DNA of 64,000 nt, taken from an uncultured Victivallales bacterium. GTDB lineage: Bacteria > Verrucomicrobiota > Lentisphaeria > Victivallales > UBA1829. Positions 9,367 through 18,478 of the stretch are shown here, in pieces. The stretch lies in NCBI GenBank assembly GCA_934644965.1, contig CAKUDG010000016.1, positions 1,180-65,179 of the forward strand. The letters are read 5' to 3'. The position numbers and the translations under genes were made by a program. The first letter of the stretch is position 1. Each line of letters begins with the position of its first letter. The notes under the pieces were generated by a model. It worked only from the letters and a program-made list of their open reading frames with translations, was not told where the DNA came from and did no database searches.

Positions 9367-10398
9367 TCAGCGGGGAACGGGACCGCTTGCGGAGAACAGC
9401 TTTCTTCCCAGTGCGGCGCAAAGACTTTCCGGGAAAAGAGAAGGGCTCGGATTCACCGTACATTCGCTTCCGCCGTCGGCGGCAGGGGCGAACCCTGAGG
9501 AACTGTTCCGGAGGAAAAGACGTTTTTCCCAGTCATGGTACGTCTCCGGATTACCGGTCAGGAAGGAGATCGCAATAGCGGCTGCTGCTGAAACGGAGTG
9601 GTCCGGTTCCCCGTTTTCTGCCCCTTTCTCCGTCTTCTCCTCTTTTTTCCTCTTCTCTTTCAGGAATTTTTCCGCGAACGCTTCCGCAAGGATCCGGAAA
9701 TGTGTTTCCTCCGGGAAGAGCTTCGCCGCAAGCACTGCAGCGGGCAGGGCGAAGGCCAGATCACCCGGAGTCAGAGCGGGGAACACCGCCCCGAGAAACT
9801 CATGGTACTGCTGCAGATACTGGCGGCAGCGCAGGTCTTTTCCCGGTGCGTGTATTTCTGCGGAGGCAAAGGCCAGACAGAGCAGAGAGCCGTGGCAGGG
9901 ACTGTCCAGAAATCCTTTTCTGCTTCCTTCCTCCGGGTCCACCCAGTGCCCCGGTTCCTTTTCCGTGTAGTTCATGAAAGTCCGTTCAAACGCCCCGAAG
10001 AGCCGTCCCAGGAGTTTTTCCGCGCGTTCCGCCAGGAGGAACACTTCCGCCTCACGAGGGAATTCCCTCAGTAGAAAATAGGCTCCGGAAAGGTCAAGAG
10101 CCTCCTTCTGAAATGTTTCCGGAGGGCATGATGAGGGGGCGGGGGAATGAGGCGCCTCTTCCTTCCTTCCCTGCAGGATGGCACTGCCGGAAGAGGGGGA
10201 TCCTGCAGACAGCGCTTCTCCGGAAAGACGGAAAGAGTGGGAATCGGCTTTTTCATGCCATCCGCGGCCGGGGAAAAGCCGGTCCGCCGTCAGGGCGATG
10301 AGTGTCCGGACAATGCCGGAATCTTTTCCGAAACGAATCCAGTCCTGTTCGAACAGGTTCCGGAGGAATTCTTCCTCATTCGTCTGCGTGTCTGTCAT
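9367..10398 (-). CDS. Hypothetical cytoplasmic protein (343 aa), translationally coupled to the upstream gene
   Basis: ATGA start/stop overlap at 10395-10398 was verified. The amino-acid composition looks protein-like (MTDTQTNEEEFLRNLFEQDWIRFGK...). I recognise no family. Confidence 0.6.
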   Translation of the reverse strand: MTDTQTNEEEFLRNLFEQDWIRFGKDSGIVRTLIALTADRLFPGRGWHEKADSHSFRLSGEALSAGSPSSGSAILQGRKEEAPHSPAPSSCPPETFQKEALDLSGAYFLLREFPREAEVFLLAERAEKLLGRLFGAFERTFMNYTEKEPGHWVDPEEGSRKGFLDSPCHGSLLCLAFASAEIHAPGKDLRCRQYLQQYHEFLGAVFPALTPGDLAFALPAAVLAAKLFPEETHFRILAEAFAEKFLKEKRKKEEKTEKGAENGEPDHSVSAAAAIAISFLTGNPETYHDWEKRLFLRNSSSGFAPAADGGSECTVNPSPSLFPESLCAALGRKLFSASGPVPR

Positions 10399-11840
10399 TT
10401 CTGTCTCCGGATGAGGAGTTCCCGCTCTCCGCCGAAGTCCACGGAAATGAAGTCCGGGGAAAAGCCGATCCCGATGGGCTTCCCGGAAAGGGGGGAGATG
10501 CTTTGCGAGGCGGAAGCCCCGAAATCCGCAAGACGGCAGCGCAGTCCGGCCTCCAGTGCATTCAGACGGGCCAGAATTTCCGAATGGAATTTGATGTTCG
10601 CTTCCACTTCGTTGGCGACTTTGCGTGCAATCACGTATTTCTCGAACCCCGGAGCCGTCCCGGAAAGCGATTTGTAACGGAAATAGGGAATCCATTCGTC
10701 GGAAATGGCCTGACGGCAGTAACGGAGGGCCAGAACTTCGTCCGCATCGACGTCATAGAAAAAGTCGCGCACGGCGCTTTTCACAACCCGCCACGCCCCT
10801 TTGGGATCCAGTTCCCTGACTGCATCGTAGATCCCCGTGAAGAACATGGCGTCGCCCAGAACCAGCCTCAGTCCGTTTGTCCGGATCTGTTCAAAACGCT
10901 TCAGGACCATCCTCCGGTATTCTTCCATCAGCCCTTTTTGCGGAATCCTGCATGTGGTTCGGATACGGACAAGTTCCTGCAGAATTTTCTTCAGGGATTC
11001 CGAATCCATGCCGGAATGTTCCAGAATGCCGGAAAGGGTCTGGAGTGTCAGATGAAGATAGTCCAGCTGCATGGCGTCCGACTCCGTCAGCAAGGAGGAG
11101 AGCCGGAGCATCAGAACGGCGTTGTCCGCCGCCGCACTGAATTGTTCCGTCGCGACATTCGTCTGCATCTGCTTTTCCAGCAGTCGGTAGAAAGTTCCGA
11201 AAGGATATTCCTGTTCCGGGAAGAGCCTTCTGAGCGGCAGCGGCTCTTTGGATTTTCTGATGATCCGTTCCACCAGGGCCGCCCCCTCCCGCAGGAGCGA
11301 TGCATAGGCGCCCAGACGCAGTTCCACTCCGGGATGATTCAGCAGAAACAGCTGATAATAATTGTAATCGAGCGGCGCGTAACGGTCGTAGTAAATCCCG
11401 TAGGAACTCAGAAAAGAGGAATACGCTTCATTTTCCCGTTCCTCCGATTCCAGGAAAACCCTCCATTTTTCAGGAGCCAGCAGTTTCTGAAGGGCGGCAT
11501 ATTCTTTTGAGAGGTCCGGAGAAGAAGAAAGCTCCTGCTCCCTCTCCTCGGAGGGACGGGATGAGACGGCACGCTGTCCTTCATAGCCCTGTTCCGCATA
11601 GATGGCCTGCAGTTCACGCCGCAGCGGACGGTGGGTTGTCCGCATGGTCTCTTCCAGTCCCGGCACATCCAAAGCCAGCGGCTCGGTACGGAACAGGTAA
11701 ACACATACGGGAATGCAGATGCAGAGACCTGCAAACAAGGAAAACAGCTTCAGATAAAAACTCTTCCTGTGCTGATGATCAGCGGTTCCGGCCCGGTTGT
11801 TCCGCCCCTGTGGCCGCCCCTGCAGAAGGTGTCTGTCCAT
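10395..11840 (-). CDS. Hypothetical N-terminally membrane-anchored protein (481 aa), mostly helical
   Basis: One TM helix (FYLKLFSLFAGLCICIPVCVYLF) followed by a ~420-aa non-repetitive domain. The opposite-strand ORF 10302..11510 looks like an antisense shadow. Confidence 0.65.
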   Translation of the reverse strand: MDRHLLQGRPQGRNNRAGTADHQHRKSFYLKLFSLFAGLCICIPVCVYLFRTEPLALDVPGLEETMRTTHRPLRRELQAIYAEQGYEGQRAVSSRPSEEREQELSSSPDLSKEYAALQKLLAPEKWRVFLESEERENEAYSSFLSSYGIYYDRYAPLDYNYYQLFLLNHPGVELRLGAYASLLREGAALVERIIRKSKEPLPLRRLFPEQEYPFGTFYRLLEKQMQTNVATEQFSAAADNAVLMLRLSSLLTESDAMQLDYLHLTLQTLSGILEHSGMDSESLKKILQELVRIRTTCRIPQKGLMEEYRRMVLKRFEQIRTNGLRLVLGDAMFFTGIYDAVRELDPKGAWRVVKSAVRDFFYDVDADEVLALRYCRQAISDEWIPYFRYKSLSGTAPGFEKYVIARKVANEVEANIKFHSEILARLNALEAGLRCRLADFGASASQSISPLSGKPIGIGFSPDFISVDFGGERELLIRRQK

Positions 11841-12159
11841 GCATGCCTTCTTCCGGTTGTCCGTTCAATAGAACCTGTTCCACGCTCCGTGCTTCCACAT
11901 CTATGATTTCACCCGCACTCTCTTCTTCCTCCTCCGCACGGCCTCCACGGAAGCCGGAGGCGGACGACTGGAAATTCGGGTGTTTCGGGCGTGTGCTGCT
12001 GCTGTGCCAGTTGAATCCCCCCGTCCAGCTCCTCTGCGCAAAAACTGAAAACAGAAACATCAGCAGCAGAAGCACCGGTATCAGGAGCATCAAGACCAGA
12101 AGCAGCAGCGGAGTCACCGCCAGAATCAAGAGCAATTTCGCAAAACTTTTCATTCCCAT
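11779..12159 (-). CDS. Small membrane protein, DUF4834-like architecture
   Basis: MGMKSFAKLLLILAVTPLLLLVLMLLIPVLLLLMFLF TM region, a Gly/Ser-rich linker, and an acidic GEIIDVEARSVEQ tail. It overlaps the next gene's start by ~60 nt. The family call is from memory. Confidence 0.4.
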   Translation of the reverse strand: MGMKSFAKLLLILAVTPLLLLVLMLLIPVLLLLMFLFSVFAQRSWTGGFNWHSSSTRPKHPNFQSSASGFRGGRAEEEEESAGEIIDVEARSVEQVLLNGQPEEGMHGQTPSAGAATGAEQPGRNR

Positions 12160-12408
12160 TCCTGTACAGAAAGTTTGTTCCCGCATTTCATTTCCGGACA
12201 CTTAATATATATCCGGAAAAAAGATATTCCAGACTCCCCTGTGAAAACTCGGGCTATCCGGATTCCTTCCATCCTCCATGATCCTTGTTCTCTTCCTTTT
12301 GTTTTTTTTCTCTTCCCCCTCTTCCTCTATGTGCGTTCCTTCTGCCGCAGAGAGAAAATGCGGGAATGAAAAGAGGAGAAGAACAGGTCTTTTTCTCTTG
12401 AATCTCCC

Positions 12409-13218
12409 CTAATCCAGTTCCAGCAGAACCGGGCAGTGATCCGATCCCTGGACGTCCGAAAGCACTTCCGCCCGTTTGACCCGCGGCAGCAGATCCGGAC
12501 TTACATAAAAGTAATCCAGACGCCACCCGAGGTTGCGTTCCCTGGCCAGGGTCCGCATGCTCCACCAGGAATAAGCGACGCTGTCCGGATGCAGACGGCG
12601 GAAAGTATCCTCATATCCGCAGGATTCCAGACGGTCCATCCAATCCCTTTCCACACGCAGAAAACCGGAGACGTTTTCATTTTCCTTCGGTCTGGCGAGA
12701 TCGATTTCCTGATGGGCTGTATTGAAGTCTCCGCAGAGAATCAGCGAACGTTTCAGTTCCCTGCGCAGGAATTCGCAGCAGGCCAGGACCGCGTCATAGA
12801 AATCCAGTTTGTAATTCAGGCGGTCCTGATCTTTCTGTCCGTTCGGGAAATAAATATTGAGCAGGAGGAAGTCTTCGTGATCCGTGATCAGGACGCGTCC
12901 TTCCGATTGAAAACGCTCCTCTCCGAACGGGGCGGGCAGTCCGCGTGAATACAGACGGACCTTCTCTCCGCCTTTCCTCACCAGAGTCCCCACTCCGCTG
13001 TATCCGCGCCGGACTCCGGACTCCCAGAACCCTTTCCGGGAAGCCGCTTCGCCTTCTGCATGGAGAAGCGGGCAGAGGAGATCCGTCGGGATCTGATCCT
13101 CGGTCGCCTTCGTCTCCTGAAAACACAGCACATCCGGATCCTCCGACTCGAGCCATTGCACAAGTCCCTTTTTCACCGCCGCGCGGATTCCGTTCACATT
13201 CCAGGAAATCAGTTTCAC
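12409..13218 (-). CDS. xth: Exodeoxyribonuclease III (AP endonuclease)
   Basis: MKLISWNVNGIRAA..., DVLCFQETK, CGDFNTAH, and C-terminal GSDHCPV. Confidence 0.92.
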   Translation of the reverse strand: MKLISWNVNGIRAAVKKGLVQWLESEDPDVLCFQETKATEDQIPTDLLCPLLHAEGEAASRKGFWESGVRRGYSGVGTLVRKGGEKVRLYSRGLPAPFGEERFQSEGRVLITDHEDFLLLNIYFPNGQKDQDRLNYKLDFYDAVLACCEFLRRELKRSLILCGDFNTAHQEIDLARPKENENVSGFLRVERDWMDRLESCGYEDTFRRLHPDSVAYSWWSMRTLARERNLGWRLDYFYVSPDLLPRVKRAEVLSDVQGSDHCPVLLELD

Positions 13219-13715
13219 AGATCATTCTCCTTCAACAGCAGTGTCCGGTTCCAGAGAACTGCATTGCTTCTGGCATCCTGCAGTTCTGCGCTCCATGTCT
13301 TCCCGTTCTTCTCCTCCGTGCGGAACAGGAGGCGGAAACGGGCGGCGGGAGAAAAGCCGGTCACGATTTTTTCCCTCAGAAGCGCATACAGGACTTCCTC
13401 ATCCATCCCGCTGGAAAGATCCGTTCCCCGGAGAGGCAGGAGCGTTTTCTCCCCGCCGGAATGCAGCCGGGAAAGCTCCATGATCAAAAAAGTCGTCATC
13501 CGGTCGACGGCTTCTTTTTTCGTGTAGGCCCTTTCTCCTTCCGCAGGGAAAGCGTTTTCCCCGAACAGACTCCCGTCCGGCGCCGGCAGGTCCCCTTCGA
13601 AACCGAAATAAGCGCAGCCCGGAAGAAAAAATGCGCCTGATACAAGCCAGACACTGCAGAAGAACGGGAAACAGGCCCCGATGAGATCATGCGGCATTCT
13701 GGATTCTTTTTTCAT
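13215..13715 (-). CDS. Putative lipoprotein, unknown function
   Basis: Signal peptide with a lipobox-like FFLPGC. Its stop overlaps the xth ATG (ATGA at 13215-13218). The start could be 13715 or 13697. Confidence 0.55.
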   Translation of the reverse strand: MKKESRMPHDLIGACFPFFCSVWLVSGAFFLPGCAYFGFEGDLPAPDGSLFGENAFPAEGERAYTKKEAVDRMTTFLIMELSRLHSGGEKTLLPLRGTDLSSGMDEEVLYALLREKIVTGFSPAARFRLLFRTEEKNGKTWSAELQDARSNAVLWNRTLLLKENDL

Positions 13716-13823
13716 GGAGATTCCATTTCGTTTGTGTTTGTACAGCTTTTTATCATGGGAAAACAAGGCTGTCTTCTTTTCTGTTCCTTCGGCTTTTCCC
13801 GTTTCCCATTCTCTTCCGAGGGC

Positions 13824-14432
13824 TCAGACTTCTTCTTCCTCCCGCGGCGGAGATCCCGGAGGAGAAGATGGTGGTGGAGGAGACGAAGGGGGAAAAAGCT
13901 GATAAAGACGTTTCATAGCCATGGAAAAAGCCTCCATGGTCATTTCCGCATCGAAAGCCGCGCGATGCGCCGTTCCCGGATAGTCTCCGGAAAGAGCCAG
14001 GGACGTTCGGAGGGACTGCAGACTGTAGCTGGGGAGTCCCGGATAGGCTTTCCGGATCAGCGCAATGCTGTCGTATGCCCCTCCGTTCCACAGGGGAAGC
14101 CCGGCGCGGGAAAGGCTTTCCTGGAGAAAGGACAAGTCAAAACGCGCGTTGTGAGCGACCAGGGAGGAGCCGCGGATGAAGTCCAGAAAACGGGCTCCCG
14201 CTTCCGGGAAAAACGGAGCGTCCGCCACCATGGAATCATCGATTCCGTGCACCCGGGAAACCTGGAAGGGAATCGGGACGGCCGGATTCACCAGCGTCTC
14301 AAAACGGGAAAGAGAACCGTCCTTTTCCACGCGCAGAGCTCCGATTTCCACGATCCGGTCCCGGACGGGACTCATTCCTGTGGTTTCAAAATCAAACACT
14401 GTAAAAGGTCCGAGTCTGTGCCAGAGTTCCAT
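13824..14432 (-). CDS. DEDDh 3'-5' exonuclease (DNA Pol III epsilon-like), Pro/Ser-rich tail
   Basis: FDFETTG, AHNARFDLSFL and HRAAFDAEMT motifs. The C-terminus is PPSSPPPPSSPPGSPPREEEEV. Confidence 0.85.
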   Translation of the reverse strand: MELWHRLGPFTVFDFETTGMSPVRDRIVEIGALRVEKDGSLSRFETLVNPAVPIPFQVSRVHGIDDSMVADAPFFPEAGARFLDFIRGSSLVAHNARFDLSFLQESLSRAGLPLWNGGAYDSIALIRKAYPGLPSYSLQSLRTSLALSGDYPGTAHRAAFDAEMTMEAFSMAMKRLYQLFPPSSPPPPSSPPGSPPREEEEV

Positions 14433-14483
14433 ATTCCTTTTCCTTTCCTCTTCCTTTCCAGCTCTTTCCTTTTTTCCAGCGCT

Positions 14484-15446
14484 TCATTTGACCAGTTTCG
14501 CTGTGATCTTCCCCGGGATGAAGAGACGGTCCGCCACAATGAGGAACGCCGCTTCCTTTTCAGGTGCTTTCACAAGAAATCGCCGGATTCCTTCCGGTGC
14601 GTCCGCCCGGGGCAGGACATTGGAATTCGGAATCAGGGAAAGAGAACGCAGATTCCAGTCTTCCGGATCCACTCCTTCCGGGAGCGTGTATTCCAGATGC
14701 CAGTCCCCTTTGCAGAAGACTCTGAAATAATGAACATACAGTCCTCCGAGCGGGAGTTCCATTCCCGGGTGCAGAGAATATTCACTGGAATTCATCAGAT
14801 CGAAGCGGAAGGGGAAAACCAGCGTTTCCGGAGAACTCTGGGCAACGGCTCCGGTACGGTCTCCGCTTTCTCCGATGGAAATGGAAGCACTCGCTTCCCC
14901 ATTTCTGGTGGAAAGACGTGTTTCCGTCCACCGTTTCGATTTTTTCATATCCCAGAAAATAGTGGATTCCGCCTTCAGATCGGCTTTCCTGGCAAGGCCT
15001 TCGAGCACTGCGGCGTTGCGGTCGACCACATAATTCCGGTCTGTTTCGATTCTCAGTCCGCCGTGGGGTGTGGAATCGCGCATGCTTTCCTGAAAGGATT
15101 TCCGCACGGCGCTGATGCTCCGGTCGGAACTGTTGAAATATTTATCCACCAGGAACTGGTCGCTCCGGAGGGTTGAAATCTGTGGAAAGGACTCTTCCGG
15201 GTCCGGAAGGTCGTTTTTTCTGATGATGCGGAAGCGGGCGTCCATTTCCGCGATGCTCCGTTCCAGGCCTGCCAGCGTTTCGGCATATTTTCTTTCGTTG
15301 CTTTCAATGACAAGCTGCTTTTCCGCGGACCGGAGGGCATAGGTCTTCAGCTTCATAATGACTTTCGCAAGACTCAAGGCGAACAGAATGCACGCGATGA
15401 GCAGGACGGCAATCGTCCCTTTCATATAAATCTGTTTCATTGGCAT
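14484..15446 (-). CDS. Hypothetical membrane-anchored protein with coiled-coil N-terminal region
   Basis: N-terminal TM helix (GTIAVLLIACILFALSLAKVI) and protein-like composition. I recognise no family. Confidence 0.6.
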   Translation of the reverse strand: MPMKQIYMKGTIAVLLIACILFALSLAKVIMKLKTYALRSAEKQLVIESNERKYAETLAGLERSIAEMDARFRIIRKNDLPDPEESFPQISTLRSDQFLVDKYFNSSDRSISAVRKSFQESMRDSTPHGGLRIETDRNYVVDRNAAVLEGLARKADLKAESTIFWDMKKSKRWTETRLSTRNGEASASISIGESGDRTGAVAQSSPETLVFPFRFDLMNSSEYSLHPGMELPLGGLYVHYFRVFCKGDWHLEYTLPEGVDPEDWNLRSLSLIPNSNVLPRADAPEGIRRFLVKAPEKEAAFLIVADRLFIPGKITAKLVK

Positions 15447-15829
15447 GGCTGTGATTCTTCTTTTTCTTTCTGCTCCGGTTTTTTCATGCGGGGGAACTTA
15501 ACTCCGTTTCCGCCGGATGTCAATTATTTTTCCGGAAATATGGGCAATTTGCCGTCCCCCGTTTGGAAGAAGGGAGTTTTTTTCATGTCATAAGTTGATT
15601 CTTTCCAGAATGTTCACTTCCTATTCCTTCCATATTTCGATCCCCATCCATCGCCTCGGATTGATGTTGGCAGGAGGATGAATGCAGAATCTTTTCATGG
15701 AAATCAATGGTGTTTCCACAGGGAGAGAGAATCGGAAGGGAACAGGAACGGCAGAAAAGAGAAGGCTGGCTCCCCCTTTCCTCTTTCTCTTTTCTCCCGC
15801 CCAGCCAGGCGGCCGAGGAAAAGAGAAAG

Positions 15830-18478
15830 TCAAATAGACATTTCCTGTTTTCTGCGTTCCTCCTCCTGATGGCGGAATGTTTCCTCCAGCAGGGGGCGCA
15901 ACTTAAGTTTTTCCACATAAATCCAGCCCAGAGAGGAAATTCCGGAATATACATACAAAACTTCCTCAGCACCTTCCTGGCGGAGATTCACTCCGAATTT
16001 TCTGCGTCTCATATCCAGGAACAAAAGGCGGTCCGGGAAGTTGCGCACGGAATTTTCCTCTTCCTCCGCCACATCAGGCGGTGCCGACTGCCAATTTGGG
16101 GAAGGGTTGCTGCTTCCGCTTGTCTGGGCGATGATTCCACCGCTCCCGTCCAGGAGGAACTTTTCAATCACAAAATTGCCGCGGTTTCCATGGGAATTCA
16201 TCATTTCTGTAAAATATTTCACGGAGACATCGATGGCCATGACGCCGTAAAAGACCCGTTCCATATCCATGATGGCCATGGAACAGGTGATGACAAGCTC
16301 CCTCATGCTTCCGGTGTCCCTGTAGGGAGCTCCCCAGACAGGCAGTCCGTTCTGTTTTTCGGCGGAGCGGTACCAGTTGCGTTTTCTGGCGTCATAATCG
16401 GAGGAATACTGCCCGTTGCCCGGGAAACAGAGCTGGAGTCCATCCTTGAGCGAAAGGTAGGCCCAGTAGACCGGCATGCCTTTGGAGCCGGCCTCTTTCT
16501 TCAGATCTTCGATATTGCCGATGGTAAGATCGGAATCGAGCGGACTTTCCAGAATCAAACGGGTCAATCGCTGTTTCAGAGGCGCCAGAAGACGCAGTTC
16601 TTTTTCCATTTGACTCTGGTCCGCTCCCGTCGGGATCTGGTAACAGAGGGAATCAAAATCCACCTTTGCGGCGTAAACGGGAGAGAAGGTGAAAGTTTCC
16701 CGCGAGGATGCCTCCTCTCCGGTGTAGACGGTATAGGGCGGCACAGGCGGGAAATGCGCTTTCCCGGATTTTGCTTTCCCTTCTGCGGCGGGATGGTCCT
16801 CCTGATTCAGGAGAAACGCCGTTTCCCACGCCGTCGAGGCGAGAGACTGTTCCAGACGGGCGATTTGACGGTCCAGGGTGAAAGACGCCTCCACGCATTT
16901 CGAGTAAGCGTCGCTGAGCGCGGCGTCTCTCAGACGGTTGTCTATGGCCTGTCCCATTTTTTCATACATGGTCCATGCGATGCCGCAGGCACCGAGGAAA
17001 AGCAGAAAGAAAGTCAGCAGGAGAGTGCTTTTCCGGTGTTTCACCATCCAGCGGAGCATCGCGGAAAAAAGATTGTCCGGATTTGCCGAGACTTCGGCGC
17101 CGTTGATGTATTTCCGGAGATCGTCGGCAAGTTCGCTCACATGCTGATAGCGTTTTTCCCTGTCATAGGCGGTCGCCTTCTGGATGATGGCCTTCAGATC
17201 CCGGTCGATCCGGTAGCGGAAGCGGTGCTCGATCTTCTCCATATTGTTGTTTTTGATATTGGACATGACTTCTACGCTGGTATTTCCGGAGAAGGCCGGT
17301 TTGAGCGTCACCGCTTCAAAGAGGATGAGTCCCAAGGTGAAGATGTCCGCACGGTGGTCGCAGTACTCTCCGTTGATGGCTTCTGGGGAGAGAAAGCGGG
17401 GCGTTCCGGAAATCTGTTTCGGGCGTTCCCACTTCGACGGATCGAATCCCGGTTCCCGGATCAGGCGTGCGATTCCCCAGTCCATGACATAGGTCTCATG
17501 ATATTCACCGATCATGATGTTTTCCGGCTTCAGGTCCCGGTGCATCACGTTGCGGCTGTGCGCATATTCCATGGCTTCACAGACGCGGAGAAAAATTTCC
17601 AGGCGGTTCAGCAGAGATTTATGTTCATCGAAGGCTCCGATCCCGTCCAGTTTGTAATGTGTGCAGATCTGGTCCAGGTAGTCCTTGAAGTTCTGGCCGT
17701 TGATGAGCTTCATGGCCAGAAACAGGCCGTTGTCCTGGCTTTTTCCGAGGGAGTAGATCGGGACGATGGAGGGATGGTCCAGCTGAGCGGTCACCTTGGC
17801 TTCGGCAATGAAGCTGTTGCGGACTGCGATGTCGTTGAAGAATTCCTTCTTCAGGGCTTTGATGGCGACCAGACGGTTCAGAGTGCGGTCGACCGCGGAG
17901 GAAATCGTGCCCTGGCCTCCTTCCGCAAAACTTGTCACGATATCATAGGTGTCGCCCATGAAGGACAGGTGTTCCGAGGCGGATTCCGTTCCGGTTTCGA
18001 CCTCTTTGCGGATATGCGTCCTCAAATGCGAATTGGCTTCGATCAGCTGGTCCACGTCCTTGCGCTTGTCGAAGATGGTTCGTGTGATGCGCCCCGTTTC
18101 TCCAAAAAAGGCCGACGGATCGTCCAGCAGAGTCGAAATCTTCGCCCGGGTGGAATCCGATGCGGGCTTTTGCACCTGTTTGGCGATCTGATCGATTTCG
18201 TCCTCATCCAGGCGCACGGTGCGGTTGTTGTCCATGGAGGTGCGGGAAAGCCTCTGGAGCGCATCCAGAACGGTTTTGTCGGAGAGGGATGATTCCTCGC
18301 TGCCTTTTCCTCCTGCTGCTGCTCCTCCTCCGGAGATTCCCGCCGCTTTTCCTTCAAAGGTGCCGGAAAGGCTTTCCTTGCCCGGCACTGGCATGGCGAG
18401 GGACCGTGCTGTCTGTTCTTCCGTCGACAGCGGGGAAAGGTTTAAGGCTTGTTCGGTACGGCTGTTGCTTTCATCCAT
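15830..18478 (-). CDS. Hanks-type Ser/Thr protein kinase with extracytoplasmic Cache-like sensor domain
   Basis: VAIKALKK, HRDLKPENIM, DWGIARL (a DWG variant of DFG) and GTPRFLSPE. These are followed by a TM helix (LLLTFFLLFLGACGIAW) and a C-terminal domain with Cache-like signature (RNWYRSAEKQNGLPVWGAPYRDTGSMRELVITCSMAI). The start is uncertain: 18478 has GGGAG upstream; alternatives are 18502, 18550 and 18625. Confidence 0.85.
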   Translation of the reverse strand: MDESNSRTEQALNLSPLSTEEQTARSLAMPVPGKESLSGTFEGKAAGISGGGAAAGGKGSEESSLSDKTVLDALQRLSRTSMDNNRTVRLDEDEIDQIAKQVQKPASDSTRAKISTLLDDPSAFFGETGRITRTIFDKRKDVDQLIEANSHLRTHIRKEVETGTESASEHLSFMGDTYDIVTSFAEGGQGTISSAVDRTLNRLVAIKALKKEFFNDIAVRNSFIAEAKVTAQLDHPSIVPIYSLGKSQDNGLFLAMKLINGQNFKDYLDQICTHYKLDGIGAFDEHKSLLNRLEIFLRVCEAMEYAHSRNVMHRDLKPENIMIGEYHETYVMDWGIARLIREPGFDPSKWERPKQISGTPRFLSPEAINGEYCDHRADIFTLGLILFEAVTLKPAFSGNTSVEVMSNIKNNNMEKIEHRFRYRIDRDLKAIIQKATAYDREKRYQHVSELADDLRKYINGAEVSANPDNLFSAMLRWMVKHRKSTLLLTFFLLFLGACGIAWTMYEKMGQAIDNRLRDAALSDAYSKCVEASFTLDRQIARLEQSLASTAWETAFLLNQEDHPAAEGKAKSGKAHFPPVPPYTVYTGEEASSRETFTFSPVYAAKVDFDSLCYQIPTGADQSQMEKELRLLAPLKQRLTRLILESPLDSDLTIGNIEDLKKEAGSKGMPVYWAYLSLKDGLQLCFPGNGQYSSDYDARKRNWYRSAEKQNGLPVWGAPYRDTGSMRELVITCSMAIMDMERVFYGVMAIDVSVKYFTEMMNSHGNRGNFVIEKFLLDGSGGIIAQTSGSSNPSPNWQSAPPDVAEEEENSVRNFPDRLLFLDMRRRKFGVNLRQEGAEEVLYVYSGISSLGWIYVEKLKLRPLLEETFRHQEEERRKQEMSI

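Noticed and set aside
15142-15150. DnaA-box-like TTATCCACC
   Set aside because: It is a single 8/9 match inside a coding region. There is no cluster of boxes or AT-rich unwinding element, so it is not an origin.
15707-18292. 861-aa ORF on the plus strand
   Set aside because: It is antisense to the well-supported Ser/Thr kinase gene. Its composition (Gly/Arg/Val/Phe/Asp-rich, no motifs) is typical of a shadow ORF in a GC-biased gene.
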